NCBI GenBank assembly: GCA_964291415.2
Contig: OZ219917.1
Coordinates: 1,024,001 to 1,088,000 of the forward strand
Origin: Alphaproteobacteria bacterium
GTDB lineage: Bacteria; Pseudomonadota; Alphaproteobacteria; SP197
DNA length: 64,000 bases
Direction: 5' to 3'
Shown here: piece by piece, positions 10,382-20,869 of the stretch
Layout: every line of letters begins with the position of its first letter
Position numbering within the stretch: the stretch's first letter is position 1
Made by a program: the position numbers and the translations under genes
The notes under the pieces: model-generated
Seen by the model: only the letters and a program-made list of their open reading frames with translations
What the model was told of the DNA's origin: nothing
The model's database searches: none

Positions 10382-10712
10382 GTCGGCAATATCTCCTTCG
10401 GGCGTGACCCTGCAATCCACTCGACTTGGGCGCACGACTCGGCAATCTCGGTCTCGTACTCTCTTCGATCCGGAGTTCGAAGAGTGCCAGGATGTCGATC
10501 TTGCCAAGGTCGCACAGCTCGATCGTGAAGGGGAAGCCGAACTTCTCGGTGTAACGGATGTCGAGGGCGGCGTGATCCTCGTCAGTCGGTGCGCCCAGGC
10601 CCGCGTTCGCCCGCTCCTCCGTCGAGCGCTTGGCGACAGCCGGACGGCCGGCGAGACCAGGGTGCGCGGTCGACATGCCGAGCCGCTCGTCCCGCCATTC
10701 CTTCACACGCAA
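10378..10712 (-). pseudogene. uraD: Degraded OHCU decarboxylase fragment
   Basis: AHPGLAG...AGL...Y.EKFGFPF.I...K.DIL..F..RI, then after a frameshift near 10460 E.AESCAQVEWIA...ILPT*. The stop overlaps the downstream ATG (ATGA). N-terminus missing. Confidence 0.7.
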
Positions 10713-10735
10713 AGTTCTCCATTGCCGAGCATCAA

Positions 10736-11014
10736 CTACCTGCTCTGCCGCTCAAGCAGTTGTCGCCGTACATCCGTCCCTTCGAGCGCCGAATTCCTCT
10801 GCCATGCATCCAGAGCGGTTTCGCCGAAATCGGTCCGGGCAGCGAGATCCGCGCCGGCATCCAGCAGAAGCGTCAGGATCAGAGGGGTCTCCGCAAACCC
10901 GGTCGCCAGGAAGAGGGTCGTGGCGTCGGCGCGCAGTGCGAGAGGGTCATTGGTGTACACGTGCCTGCCAACACCGCGACAGGCATGAAGCGCCACATCC
11001 TCCTGATCTGTCAT
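10736..11014 (-). pseudogene. Ankyrin-repeat protein remnant
   Basis: LLLDAGADLAARTDFGETALD is one ankyrin repeat. A signal-like MWRFMPVAVLA lies in another frame just upstream. Confidence 0.55.
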
Positions 11015-11105
11015 CGTCGACCGGTCCGGTCTCGATTCTCGTATGTTGATGGCTTGCTCGTCCCATGACCCGGCGATGATCCAGTCGACGGGAAGAGATC
11101 AGTTC

Positions 11106-12254
11106 TCAGGCTTGGCGCCGGCAGCGGTCGATGGCGTGGGTGAGGCGCTCGATGGCGAAGGCGATGTCGTCGGGTGTGGTGAAGCGGCCGATGCCGAGGC
11201 GGATGGATGAGGCGGCTTGTTCAGGCGTGAGGCCGATGGCGCGCAGCACGTAGGAGGGCTCGACAACGGCAGACGTGCAGGCCGACCCGGTGGAGAAGGC
11301 GAGTTCGGGAACCTGGGATATCAGGTGTCCGGCATCGACGCCCTCGATGGCGAGATTGAGATTGCCTGGCAGGCGGTTCTCGAGCGGCGGTCCGTTGAGG
11401 GAGGTTCCGGGGAGGCCTTCGATGAGGGCGTGCGCCAGGGTGTTGAGCCTTGCCGCTTCCCCGTCCTGGCTGGCCGCCGCAAGGCTCGCTGCCTTGCCGA
11501 AGCCTATTGCCAGGGGCGCCGGCACGGTGCCCGAACGCAGGGTGCGTTCCTGGCCGCCACCGGAAAACAGAGGTTCGATGCGTGCCCGCGGCCGGCGGCG
11601 CACGAAGAGGACGCCGATGCCCTTCGGTCCGTAGACCTTGTGGCCGGAGAGACTCATCAGATCGATGGCTGCCGTGTTGACATCGAGCGGAATCCGTCCG
11701 GCGGCCTGGGCCGCGTCGCAATGGAAGAGGGCGCCGCAGGCGCGGGCCATGGCGCCGATGTCGGCGAGGGGCTGCAGGGTGCCGATTTCGTTGTTGGCTG
11801 CCATCACCGATACCAGGATGACGTCATCATCGAGAGCGTGTGCGAGGCGTTGGGTATCCACCATGCCATCGCTCCCGACCGGCAGCACGTCCGTGGTGAA
11901 CCCTTCCGCGGCAAGTGCCTTCACGCTCTCGAGAACGCACTTGTGCTCGCTGGCCACGGTGATGATCCGGTTGCGGCGTCCCTTCATTCGCCTCTCGAAC
12001 CGGGCCGCACCCTTGATTGCCAGGTTGTTGGACTCCGTGGCTCCGGACGTGAAGATGATCTCCCGCGCATCGGCGCCGACGAGACGGGCGATGGACCGGC
12101 GGGCGTCCTCGACCGCAGCAGCGGCATCGGTCCCGAAAGCGTGGTTGACCGAGTGGGGATTGCCGAACTGCTCGTGGAACCAGGGCATCATGGCATCGAC
12201 GACCACGGGGTCCACCGGCGTGGTGGCGTTGCAGTCGAGATACAGGGGTGTCAT
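11106..12254 (-). CDS. iscS: Cysteine desulfurase
   Basis: YLDCNATTP, FTSGATESNN, SGHKVYGPKG (PLP Lys), GGGQE and STGSACTS (catalytic Cys). ATG 12254 overlaps the upstream stop. Confidence 0.93.
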   Translation of the reverse strand: MTPLYLDCNATTPVDPVVVDAMMPWFHEQFGNPHSVNHAFGTDAAAAVEDARRSIARLVGADAREIIFTSGATESNNLAIKGAARFERRMKGRRNRIITVASEHKCVLESVKALAAEGFTTDVLPVGSDGMVDTQRLAHALDDDVILVSVMAANNEIGTLQPLADIGAMARACGALFHCDAAQAAGRIPLDVNTAAIDLMSLSGHKVYGPKGIGVLFVRRRPRARIEPLFSGGGQERTLRSGTVPAPLAIGFGKAASLAAASQDGEAARLNTLAHALIEGLPGTSLNGPPLENRLPGNLNLAIEGVDAGHLISQVPELAFSTGSACTSAVVEPSYVLRAIGLTPEQAASSIRLGIGRFTTPDDIAFAIERLTHAIDRCRRQA

Positions 12255-13771
12255 CGCGCTGCCTGCCTTCGTGTCCGGTGCCGGACATCGGCGGCCTTCC
12301 ATGCTCTCACCGCGGCGTCGCAGTCTTGCGCAGTACTCGACCAACCGAGGCTGAGGCGCACCGCGTGGCGGCTGAGTGACGGAAACCCCATGGCCTCGAT
12401 GACAGCGGAGGGTTCCATCCTGCCGGAGGAGCACGCGGCTCCGGCGCTGATCGCGACAGAATCCAGATCGAAGCTCATCACCATGGTCTCGGCATCGATT
12501 TCAGGGTGGGCGATGGCCAGCGTGTTGTCGAGGCGTCTGGTCTCACCCGAGAACACCACGGCGTCCGGCACGGCATCCAGCATGCGCGCCTCCATGTCGT
12601 CGCGAAGCTGCCGCAAGCGTGTCGCATCGTCACCGGATGCGGCAGTCACGGCCGCGCCGAAGGCAGCAATGGCGGCGAGCGACTCGGTGCCGGCGCGCAA
12701 TCCGTATTCCTGGCCGCCACCCCGTGAACGGGCGGCAAGGGGAACACCATCCCGCACGATCAGCGCTCCGGCACCGGCCATGCCACCGAACTTGTGTGCC
12801 GAAAGACTGACGAGGTCCGCCTCCTGCCAGGCGCCGCAGTAGCGTCCGGCGGCCTGCACGGCATCACAGTGAACCAGGGCGCCGTGCCGGCGGGCGATAT
12901 GCATGACATCGGCCAGAGGCTGCACGACTCCGGTTTCGTTGTTGGCTGCCATCACCGAGACCAGGGCCGGACCGGCATCATGGTCAAGCTCGGCCTCGAG
13001 AACTGCCAGATCGACGCATCCTTGGTGGTCGACGGGAATGGTGACGGTACCGCGGACGGCCTTGGCCACCGACGGATGCTCGACGGCCGAGATCAGGACG
13101 CGCCTCAAGTCCGGGCCGAGGAGCGCCAGATTGTTGGCCTCCGTTCCGCCCGAGGTGAAGATCACCTCAAGGGGGCTGCACCCGACATATGACGCCACGG
13201 TCTCACGGGCGTCCTCGATGAGCGCCCGGGCACGGCGGCCATGGCGGTGAACCGAAGAGGCATTGCCGGCGCACGCCATCGCCCGGGAGGCCGCCTTGCG
13301 TGCTTCCACACGCAAGGGTGACGTGGCGTTGTGATCGAGATAGTGGGTCGCGGGACGCTGCGGTCCCCGGCACATGTCCTCGAGGGTGACGCCATCCAGG
13401 TAGGTTTCAATGTGGTCGCCAAGTCCGGCCCACAGGTCGTGGGTGTGACAGCGGGTCCGGTTCGCCATGCAGCCTCTTGAAGGGCCTTCGTTGCGGCACC
13501 GCGTGATCCGTGTCGATTCATCCACCGCCGCCACCACGTCCATGATCGAGATGTGGTGGGCAGGATGGGCAAGCAGGTATCCCCCACCGGGTCCACGGAC
13601 GCTGTTGACGATCCCGTGTCGGCGCAACCGGGCGAACAGTTGCTCAAGGTAGGAGAGCGGGATTTCCTGCCGGCGGGAGACGTCCGCAAGACGAACAGGG
13701 TGTGCTCCGGCGTTGAGGCCAAGGTCGACCATGGCCATCACGGCATAGCGTCCCCGGGATCCAAGCTTCAT
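12251..13771 (-). CDS. iscR: IscR (Rrf2) regulator fused to a NifS-like cysteine desulfurase
   Basis: Residues 1-135 are Rrf2 ([28 protein letters not shown] ligands in RC...GC...RCHTHDLW). They continue in frame into [16 protein letters not shown] and SAGAACSSG. Confidence 0.9.
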   Translation of the reverse strand: MKLGSRGRYAVMAMVDLGLNAGAHPVRLADVSRRQEIPLSYLEQLFARLRRHGIVNSVRGPGGGYLLAHPAHHISIMDVVAAVDESTRITRCRNEGPSRGCMANRTRCHTHDLWAGLGDHIETYLDGVTLEDMCRGPQRPATHYLDHNATSPLRVEARKAASRAMACAGNASSVHRHGRRARALIEDARETVASYVGCSPLEVIFTSGGTEANNLALLGPDLRRVLISAVEHPSVAKAVRGTVTIPVDHQGCVDLAVLEAELDHDAGPALVSVMAANNETGVVQPLADVMHIARRHGALVHCDAVQAAGRYCGAWQEADLVSLSAHKFGGMAGAGALIVRDGVPLAARSRGGGQEYGLRAGTESLAAIAAFGAAVTAASGDDATRLRQLRDDMEARMLDAVPDAVVFSGETRRLDNTLAIAHPEIDAETMVMSFDLDSVAISAGAACSSGRMEPSAVIEAMGFPSLSRHAVRLSLGWSSTAQDCDAAVRAWKAADVRHRTRRQAAR

Positions 13772-14511
13772 GGATCGCCAGCCCGGGTGTTGCCATCGTC
13801 GCCGGCTGCCGCCGGACTGTCTTGAGGAGGTTGCGGATTCCGGGTGCCGGCAGGGTCTCCGGGGTCCTCGATCCGGGCAAGGCGTGACTCGAGATCGTCG
13901 ATGTGGTCAAGAACGCTCTTCAGCGCCTTGCTGACCGGGTCGGGCATGTCGGCCGAGGAAACACCGTAGGCGGCGAAGAACGAGTCGCGCCTTTGGGCGC
14001 CGGAGTCGACGGCGCGTGCAGGGATTCCGACAACCGTGGTTCCCGGAGCGACGTCCTTGACGACAACGGCATTGGAACCGATCAGGGCGCCCTTGCCGAC
14101 GACGACAGGTCCGAGAATCTTGGCGCCGGCGCCGACGACGACATTGTCGGCCAGCGTCGGATGCCGCTTGCCCTGATTCCAGGTCGTCCCGCCGAGCGTG
14201 ACGCCGTGATAAAGTGTGACGTCATCGCCGATTTCGGAGGTTTCGCCAATCACGACGCCCATGCCGTGGTCAATGAAGAATCCGCGCCCGATGGTAGCGC
14301 CTGGATGGATCTCGATACCGCTCAGGAATCGGCCGACGTGGGAGATGAACCGTCCGGGCAGCTTGAAGCCGCGGATCCACAGCCAGTGGCTGATCCTGTA
14401 GACGGCGAGGGCATGAAAACCGGGATAGCACAGCACCACTTCCAGCAGATTGCGCACGGCAGGGTCGCGCCCGAAGGGTGCGCGCAGGTCCTGCTTGAGG
14501 GTCTTGAACAT
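13768..14511 (-). CDS. cysE: Serine O-acetyltransferase
   Basis: [41 protein letters not shown] and VGIPAR. Confidence 0.96.
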   Translation of the reverse strand: MFKTLKQDLRAPFGRDPAVRNLLEVVLCYPGFHALAVYRISHWLWIRGFKLPGRFISHVGRFLSGIEIHPGATIGRGFFIDHGMGVVIGETSEIGDDVTLYHGVTLGGTTWNQGKRHPTLADNVVVGAGAKILGPVVVGKGALIGSNAVVVKDVAPGTTVVGIPARAVDSGAQRRDSFFAAYGVSSADMPDPVSKALKSVLDHIDDLESRLARIEDPGDPAGTRNPQPPQDSPAAAGDDGNTRAGDP

Positions 14512-14583
14512 GGTGCCTTCCAGCTATTCTTGTGTGTGACGGGACTTGATGCCCGTCTTCGAAGGGCCGGCACTGAGAGATAG

Positions 14584-14608
14584 ATAGCCGACCTCAGGAG
14601 TCAAGTAT
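14584..14608. promoter_or_regulatory. IscR type-1 binding site
   Basis: ATAGCCGACCTCAGGAGTCAAGTAT matches the 25-bp ATASYYGACT-N5-AGTCRRSTAT consensus at both arms. It lies upstream of the cysE-iscR-iscS operon. Confidence 0.75.
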
Positions 14609-14635
14609 ATCCGGTGCGCCGCGAAGGAGGACACC

Positions 14636-15268
14636 ATGCCTGAACTCTTCGTCCCCGGTCCCCGGGGCCGGCTCGAAGCCCGTCTTGCCGGCGCGGCCGA
14701 TCCCGCCTGCCCGGTGGCTGTCGTCCTTCATCCCCATCCGCTTCATGGCGGCACCATGAACAACAAGGTGGCCTACGCCATCTTCCGCAGTCTCGTCGAG
14801 GCCGGATGCCACGCGATTCGCTTCAACTTCCGGGGTGTCGGACGCAGTTGTGGGGAGCATGACGGCGGCGATGGAGAGGTCGAGGACGCGCTGGCCGTCG
14901 TCGACTGGATGCAGCGCCGGCACCCCCAGTCATCGGCGACGTGGATCGCCGGATTCTCCTTTGGAGCCTGGGTCGCCGCCAGGGTCCTGGCGAGGCGCCG
15001 CGACATCGGCCGGTTCGTGCTGGTGGCTCCCGACGCGACCACGCGCGACTGGTCGTTCCTCGAAGAGGTCCCTGCCGATGGTCTCGTCATCCAGGGCAAT
15101 GCCGACACCGTCGTCGCTCCCGATGATGTGGCGGCACTGGCCGGAACCCTGGTCTCTCTCACGCGATCACTGCGTTTCGAGATGATCGAAGGCGCGGGAC
15201 ATTTCTTCGAGAACGACATGGAGGCCGTAAGGGGGCTGGTCCGTGATCATGCCCTCCGGCCACGATGA
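14636..15268 (+). CDS. Alpha/beta hydrolase typically divergent from cysE/isc
   Basis: GPRGRLEAR, HPHPLHGGTMNNKV, RFNFRGVGRS, GFSFG nucleophile and GAGHFF. Confidence 0.9.
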   Translation: MPELFVPGPRGRLEARLAGAADPACPVAVVLHPHPLHGGTMNNKVAYAIFRSLVEAGCHAIRFNFRGVGRSCGEHDGGDGEVEDALAVVDWMQRRHPQSSATWIAGFSFGAWVAARVLARRRDIGRFVLVAPDATTRDWSFLEEVPADGLVIQGNADTVVAPDDVAALAGTLVSLTRSLRFEMIEGAGHFFENDMEAVRGLVRDHALRPR

Positions 15269-16317
15269 AATGCACCCCCCGTGACCGGTTCGCGGCAACC
15301 GGTGGTCGACGGCTGGCTGAGCGGCAGACCGGCAAGGGAGCGCACGGCAAGGTAGGCGAAGGCCTCGGCTTCGAGGCTGTCTCCGTCCCAGCCGACATCT
15401 TCGGCCACCCTCACTTCCGCAGGGAGGCGGTGCTGCAATTCGGCGATGAGATGTCGGTTGTGACGGCCGCCGCCGCAGACGATCCAGAGCACCGGGTCGC
15501 GCGGCATGAAGCGGCGGGCCCGTTCCACGGCCCCGGTCGTGAGGTCGACGAGAGTGGCGGCGCCGTCCGCCGCAGACAAATCGGCGATGTCGATGGCGAT
15601 CGAATCACGGTCCAGAGACCGGGGAGGCGGACGATCAAACCACGCGTTGGTGTCGAAGACGGCCGCCACTCGGTCGCGATGGGACTGTCCCCGGGCAGCG
15701 AGACCTCCGTCCCTGTCGAAAGGTTCCCCGGTCCGCGCCAGGATCCAGTCGTCAAGCAGGGCTCCCCCGGGTCCGGTATCGAAGGCGATCAGCTTCCCGT
15801 CGCCAATCCACGTCGCGTTCGCCACGCCACCGACATTGAGGACGCAGACGGGAGACTGGCCCAGGGCGGCAGAGAGGACAGCATGGTAGAGGGGCGCCAA
15901 CGGCGCTCCCTCGCCACCCGACGCCATGTCCCGGCTGCGAAAGTCGCAGATGACATCGATACCGGTGGCCTCGGCCAGGAGGGCGCCGTTGCCGATCTGC
16001 CACGTCAGCCCTTCGGCAGGCCGGTGGGCGATGGTCTGCCCGTGAAAGCCGATTACATCGATGTCGCCCGGCTGCATGCCGGCTCTGTCGAGCAGGCGAT
16101 CGACAGCCCCTCGGGCCATCAACGTGAGGTGGTGCGCCGTGGCCGGAACATCGCCGCCACCGCCGAGACAGGCCTTGAGAGCGCTGCGAAGAGCGGTGTC
16201 GAAGGGACATGTCAGGGCCACACCGCGGCGCACGGTCGTCATGCCGTCAGTCTCGATGAGCGCGGCGTCGATCCCGTCGAGAGAGGTGCCGCTCATCAGT
16301 CCGATGGCTCTCTTCAA
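15247..16317 (-). CDS. anmK: Anhydro-N-acetylmuramic acid kinase
   Basis: GLMSGTSLDGID, GFHGQT, DFRSRD..GGEGAPL, FDTGPG, CGGG and EAEAFAYLA. Confidence 0.95.
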   Translation of the reverse strand: MKRAIGLMSGTSLDGIDAALIETDGMTTVRRGVALTCPFDTALRSALKACLGGGGDVPATAHHLTLMARGAVDRLLDRAGMQPGDIDVIGFHGQTIAHRPAEGLTWQIGNGALLAEATGIDVICDFRSRDMASGGEGAPLAPLYHAVLSAALGQSPVCVLNVGGVANATWIGDGKLIAFDTGPGGALLDDWILARTGEPFDRDGGLAARGQSHRDRVAAVFDTNAWFDRPPPRSLDRDSIAIDIADLSAADGAATLVDLTTGAVERARRFMPRDPVLWIVCGGGRHNRHLIAELQHRLPAEVRVAEDVGWDGDSLEAEAFAYLAVRSLAGLPLSQPSTTGCREPVTGGAFHRGRRA

Positions 16318-16427
16318 CAGCCTCGAGCCCCCCGGGCGACCGTTACGGCGCCAGTCTATTCCGGTGCTCCCGTCGCCCGCAATGTGACGCTTGCCTTATC
16401 CGGTGAGCGGCGGCAGATTGCGCCATC

Positions 16428-17681
16428 ATGAACAGTCCCGCCTCCGAATTCCTGCGGACGATCATCGACCGCGGGTTCATGCACCAGTGCACCGACACGC
16501 AGGCCCTCGACGAGAAGGCCGCGGCCGGCACGGTGGTCGGCTACATCGGTTTCGATTGCACGGCGCCCAGTCTCCACGTCGGCAGCATGGTCCCGATCAT
16601 GCTGCTGCGGCACCTGCAGCGTTGCGGTCACAAGCCCATCGTTCTCATGGGTGGAGGGACCACGAAGGTCGGCGATCCCTCGTTTCGCGACGAGGTGCGG
16701 CCACTGCTCGACGACGCGGCGATCGCCGCCAACAAGGCGAGCATCAGGAAAGTGTTCTCGAGGTACCTTTCGTTCGGCGACGGAACCACGGATGCGGTGA
16801 TGGTCGACAATGACGAATGGCTTTCGGAGCTTCTCTACGTTCCGTTCCTGCGCACCGTCGGGCGCCATTTTTCGGTCAACCGCATGCTGTCGATGGATTC
16901 GGTGAAGTCCAGGCTGGAACGCGAACAGCCCCTGTCGTTTCTCGAGTTCAACTACATGATCCTCCAGGCCTACGATTTCGTGGAACTGCAGCGGCGTTTC
17001 GGATGTACGCTGCAGATGGGCGGATCTGACCAGTGGGGCAACATCGTCAACGGTGTCGAACTTGGACGCCGCCTCGTGGATGCACCGCTCTTCGGCCTGA
17101 CGACGCCGCTCATCACGACAGCAACGGGCGCCAAGATGGGCAAGACGGCAAAGGGCGCCGTGTGGCTCGACGCGGGCATGCGTTCGCCCTGGGATTTCTG
17201 GCAGTTCTGGAGGAACACCGAGGACGGTGACGTCGGCCGCTTTCTTCGCCTGTTTACCGATCTTGAATTGGACGAAATCGTCCGTCTCGAGAGTCTCGAG
17301 GGTGCGGAGATCAACGAGGCCAAGAAGGTTCTCGCCAACGAGGCAACCCGCCTGTGTCACGGGGAGGCCGAGGCGCGTCGCTGCGCAGCGACCGCCCGAA
17401 GCACCTTCGAGGAGGGAGGAATGTCGCGGGGCCTGCCCGTGACGACGCTTCCGCAGGCCTGTTTCGATGACGGGTTGGTGGCCTTCGAGGCGTTCCATCG
17501 CGTAGGTCTCGCCGCGACCCGCTCGGATGCCCGCCGACTCATCCGGGGTGGCGGCGCCCGCCTCAACGACGCGGTCATTTCCGACGAGTTTCTGAAGATA
17601 ACCCGTACCGATCTCAATGACGGCGCGGTCAAGCTCTCCGCCGGCCGCAAGCGTCACGCACTCATCGTGCCTGACTCCTGA
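16428..17681 (+). CDS. tyrS: Tyrosine--tRNA ligase
   Basis: [42 protein letters not shown] and a C-terminal S4 domain. Confidence 0.97.
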   Translation: MNSPASEFLRTIIDRGFMHQCTDTQALDEKAAAGTVVGYIGFDCTAPSLHVGSMVPIMLLRHLQRCGHKPIVLMGGGTTKVGDPSFRDEVRPLLDDAAIAANKASIRKVFSRYLSFGDGTTDAVMVDNDEWLSELLYVPFLRTVGRHFSVNRMLSMDSVKSRLEREQPLSFLEFNYMILQAYDFVELQRRFGCTLQMGGSDQWGNIVNGVELGRRLVDAPLFGLTTPLITTATGAKMGKTAKGAVWLDAGMRSPWDFWQFWRNTEDGDVGRFLRLFTDLELDEIVRLESLEGAEINEAKKVLANEATRLCHGEAEARRCAATARSTFEEGGMSRGLPVTTLPQACFDDGLVAFEAFHRVGLAATRSDARRLIRGGGARLNDAVISDEFLKITRTDLNDGAVKLSAGRKRHALIVPDS

Positions 17682-17747
17682 CCCCTGAGGGCAGGCGACG
17701 GACCTGCGCATTGGCAGGGTGCATCGCGCGCGTTCCCGGTCAGGGGG

Positions 17748-20700
17748 CTATTTGTCACCCGGCGACTCGGTAAAGAGCTTGCGCAGAATGCCAGGTGCGA
17801 GGATAGAGAGAGGATTGACACGGACGTCCGGATCGTCGGCCGGTCCGTCAACGTTGAAGGTGAAGGCAAAGATGCCGCCGTCGTCTTCGGTCCCGGTGAT
17901 GATGTCGCCCAGCAGGGGGATGTCCTCGAACACGGTGTTGAGGGGGTTCGTCGGCACCATTGTGCCGGCGAAACTGACCTGTTCCTGATCGGAGCGGATG
18001 TGGCCATCGAGGAGAATTCTGATCCCCCGTCCGTAGAGACGTCCATCCGAAACGGTGAGGTGTTCGCCTTCCTGGCGGAAGGGAAGCAGGGCCGCATCGA
18101 AAACGAGGCCTTCGTTGCCCAGGAGGTCTGCCAGACCGGGCAGGGAAGCGGCGGCAAAGAGGTGCGCCAGGACGGGCGCGTCATGCACGGCGAAGCGGTC
18201 GGCCTTGACGGTACCGATGACAACCGACGGAGTGCGTGATTCATCGAACCAGCCCTTGATCACCAGTTCACCCCCGTCGATGTTGTTCATTCCGACAAAC
18301 GCTCGCACGGTGTCGCCCATGTTCTCGGCGCGGTAGTCGAACCGGCGTTCATCCTGTGACACCCGCCAGATCTGCAGGGCCACCAGCGATCCACCCTCGA
18401 TCTCTCCGGCGGCATTGAGGCTTTCGAACCTGTCGCCGTCATAGTCGGCGTCGATGACAAGGTTGCGCACCAGCCGGTCGTCCTTCGTCCACAGGCGGTT
18501 GACCGTGCCCGCGATCTTGAGGCGAGGCATGATCCCGTTCGTTCCGTCGTTGTCGCCCAGCGGGACCATGTCGATCGATCCCGCATCGACCGTGATGGAA
18601 TAGAGGCCGTCCGGTGAGATGTGGAGCGTGCCAGTGACATCCGTACGACCGAACGCCAGCTTTTCCACATCAAGATGGACGGAATGCGGCGCGACGGTGC
18701 CGGCTGCACGGGCCACGATGTTTCCCGCCTGGACATCGAGCGCGCGGATCGCGAAAGTGCCGTCTTCCACGTTTGCAAGAAGGTGGGCGGATCCAGGTTC
18801 GCCTGCAGACTTGGCGCCGACAGGGAGTGAGGGCCGAAGGCGAGATGCCGAAGGTCCGCATCCATGCGCCATGTGATCGCACCGTTCCCAGAAACGGTTC
18901 GCGTGGCGGTGACGTCTACATCCCCGGTGGACGCGAAGGGATCGACAAGTCCGAGCGCGGTACGGTGAATCTCATCCATGCGGGCGGTGATCTCCAGCCT
19001 CTCGCGTACCTCTTCGTCGCCGGCGAGGGCCAGCTGCCAGGCGCCAGCCATCGGCACGCCGTTGAGCTGCAGGTCTCCGTTGACGTCAATCAGACCGGGC
19101 TCCGTAAAGGAGAATGTGCCATTGCCTCCAGTGACCCGATAGCCGGCGACGGGAAGGCCGAGACCGTCAAGGCTGCCTGCAAACTGATAGCCAATGTCGT
19201 CTGTTCCGGGCGCGACCAGGTCAGCGACGGTGACGTCCAGGGTGCCGGACAGCGATCCGCTGATCGTGTCGGGATCAAACCGTTCATGTGACGAAAAGGA
19301 CAGCGGTTCATGGGCGGTGACGGTCAGTACGTCCCGGATCGGGCCGGTGAGATCGACGCGGATTTCCAGCACGCCATCGAATCCGTCCAGTGTGACGAGA
19401 CCCCGACCGGCCGTGATCGCGCCGATGCTGCCGCCGGACGTTTCGATGGCGACCGCGTCTCCGGCAATTGAGACATCGCCGTCGACGTCTGCCAGGGATG
19501 GCATACCACGCAGATAGTCGATCGTGACACCGTCGACATCGACCGTGATGTCCAGGCCTGCCGTCGAGGGGTCACCCGAAGCGAGGTCGCCAAGCGTGGA
19601 GCGCATTCCCAGTGTGCCTTGTCTGATGACGCCGTTCGAGAGGTTGTTGACGATCCAGTGCCGGGCCGGCGGCGCGGCGACGACGGGCCAGTACCGGGAA
19701 AGATGGTCGACCGGCAGGTCGGCGACGGCGAGGGCCCATTCGATGGTGGAGTCATCGGTCCAGCCGTTCAGTGTCAGGTCCGCCTCGAGGCTGCCCTCCT
19801 CGATGCCTGCCACAAGGTGGCTGATCTCCAGCCCCCCGAAGGCGGGCAGGAGGCGTCCCGCCAGCGTCGTGGGACCCAGCTCGACCGGATGCCCAAAGAC
19901 GCCCGGCATGGCGAGACGTCCGCCCCCGGTGCCGAGAACGAAAGATCCCTCCGCCAGCTCCAGTTCATCGTCGAGGGCAAGTTGGAAAGAGACGTCAAGC
20001 AACAGCATCGAACCGGAGAGATCACCCAGCGAAGGCGTGATTCCCGGAAGCGATGCGAGGTCGAGATTCATCAACTCGCCGGACACGTCGATGCGCGACG
20101 TTCCTCGCTGGTGAACCGCGGCGAGTTCGAGGGGAAGCGACCCGGCTTCGGAGATGAGAACGGTCTCGAGGTTGATGCGCATGGCGTCGTCGTCGCGCGC
20201 GATGACAAGAAAGGACTCGGGCGCATCCCAGGAATGACCGCTGCCCAAGTCTTCAAGGGAGATGTCGGCTCCATCGAACCGGACATGGTGCAACCGGTCC
20301 AGGGGCGGCTTGGAACCGGCGTGGAGAAACCAATCGAGAAAGGAGGCTTCCGGCGATGCTTCTGTCAGCGAGTCGGCCAGCGCATAGTTGATGGTGCCGT
20401 TGATTTCCCGGACCAACAAGATCCTGGCCCCGTCGATCGTGATGCCAACAGGCCGCAACTCCGCCTCGATCAGTGACGGCAGGGACATGTCAAGGTCGAT
20501 GTTGCGTGACTCGAAGACGATTCCACCTTCGTTGTCGAGGACCTGGACGTCAGAAAGACTGAGGCCGTAGGTTGTCCGCCAATCGCCTCCGGAAAGAGCG
20601 GCATCGGATGCCCGAAAGGAGAAGTCCGGGACGCTCCTTTCGATCATCCCCATCACCCAGGGCGTTGCCGGACCGAGAACGATCGGTCCGTCCTGGAGCC

Positions 20701-20815
20701 TCCAGGCAAGACCCAGGAGCACCAGAACGACCAGTCCTGCGAGAATCCCCAGACCGTGGATGAGGGTCCGCAGCAGGCGACGGCCTACAATTGCGGCATA
20801 CCGCACGGGAGCCAC
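17748..20815 (-). CDS. YhdP/AsmA2-like (DUF3971) envelope protein with one frameshift at about 18830
   Basis: N-terminal TM (ILAGLVVLVLLGLAWRLQDGPI), YWP....P.R.WI..N in the middle, C-terminal GT.VP...LN.....IPLLGDII.G...GGIFA.TF...GP..DP.V.VNPLS.LAPGILR.LF. The two ORF-track pieces join at ggccctcactccct. Start approximate. Confidence 0.8.
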
Positions 20816-20869
20816 TTGACCGCACCGGCCAGTCTGACCACGGTTGACGAAGTGCTTGCTGGTGCCGAC

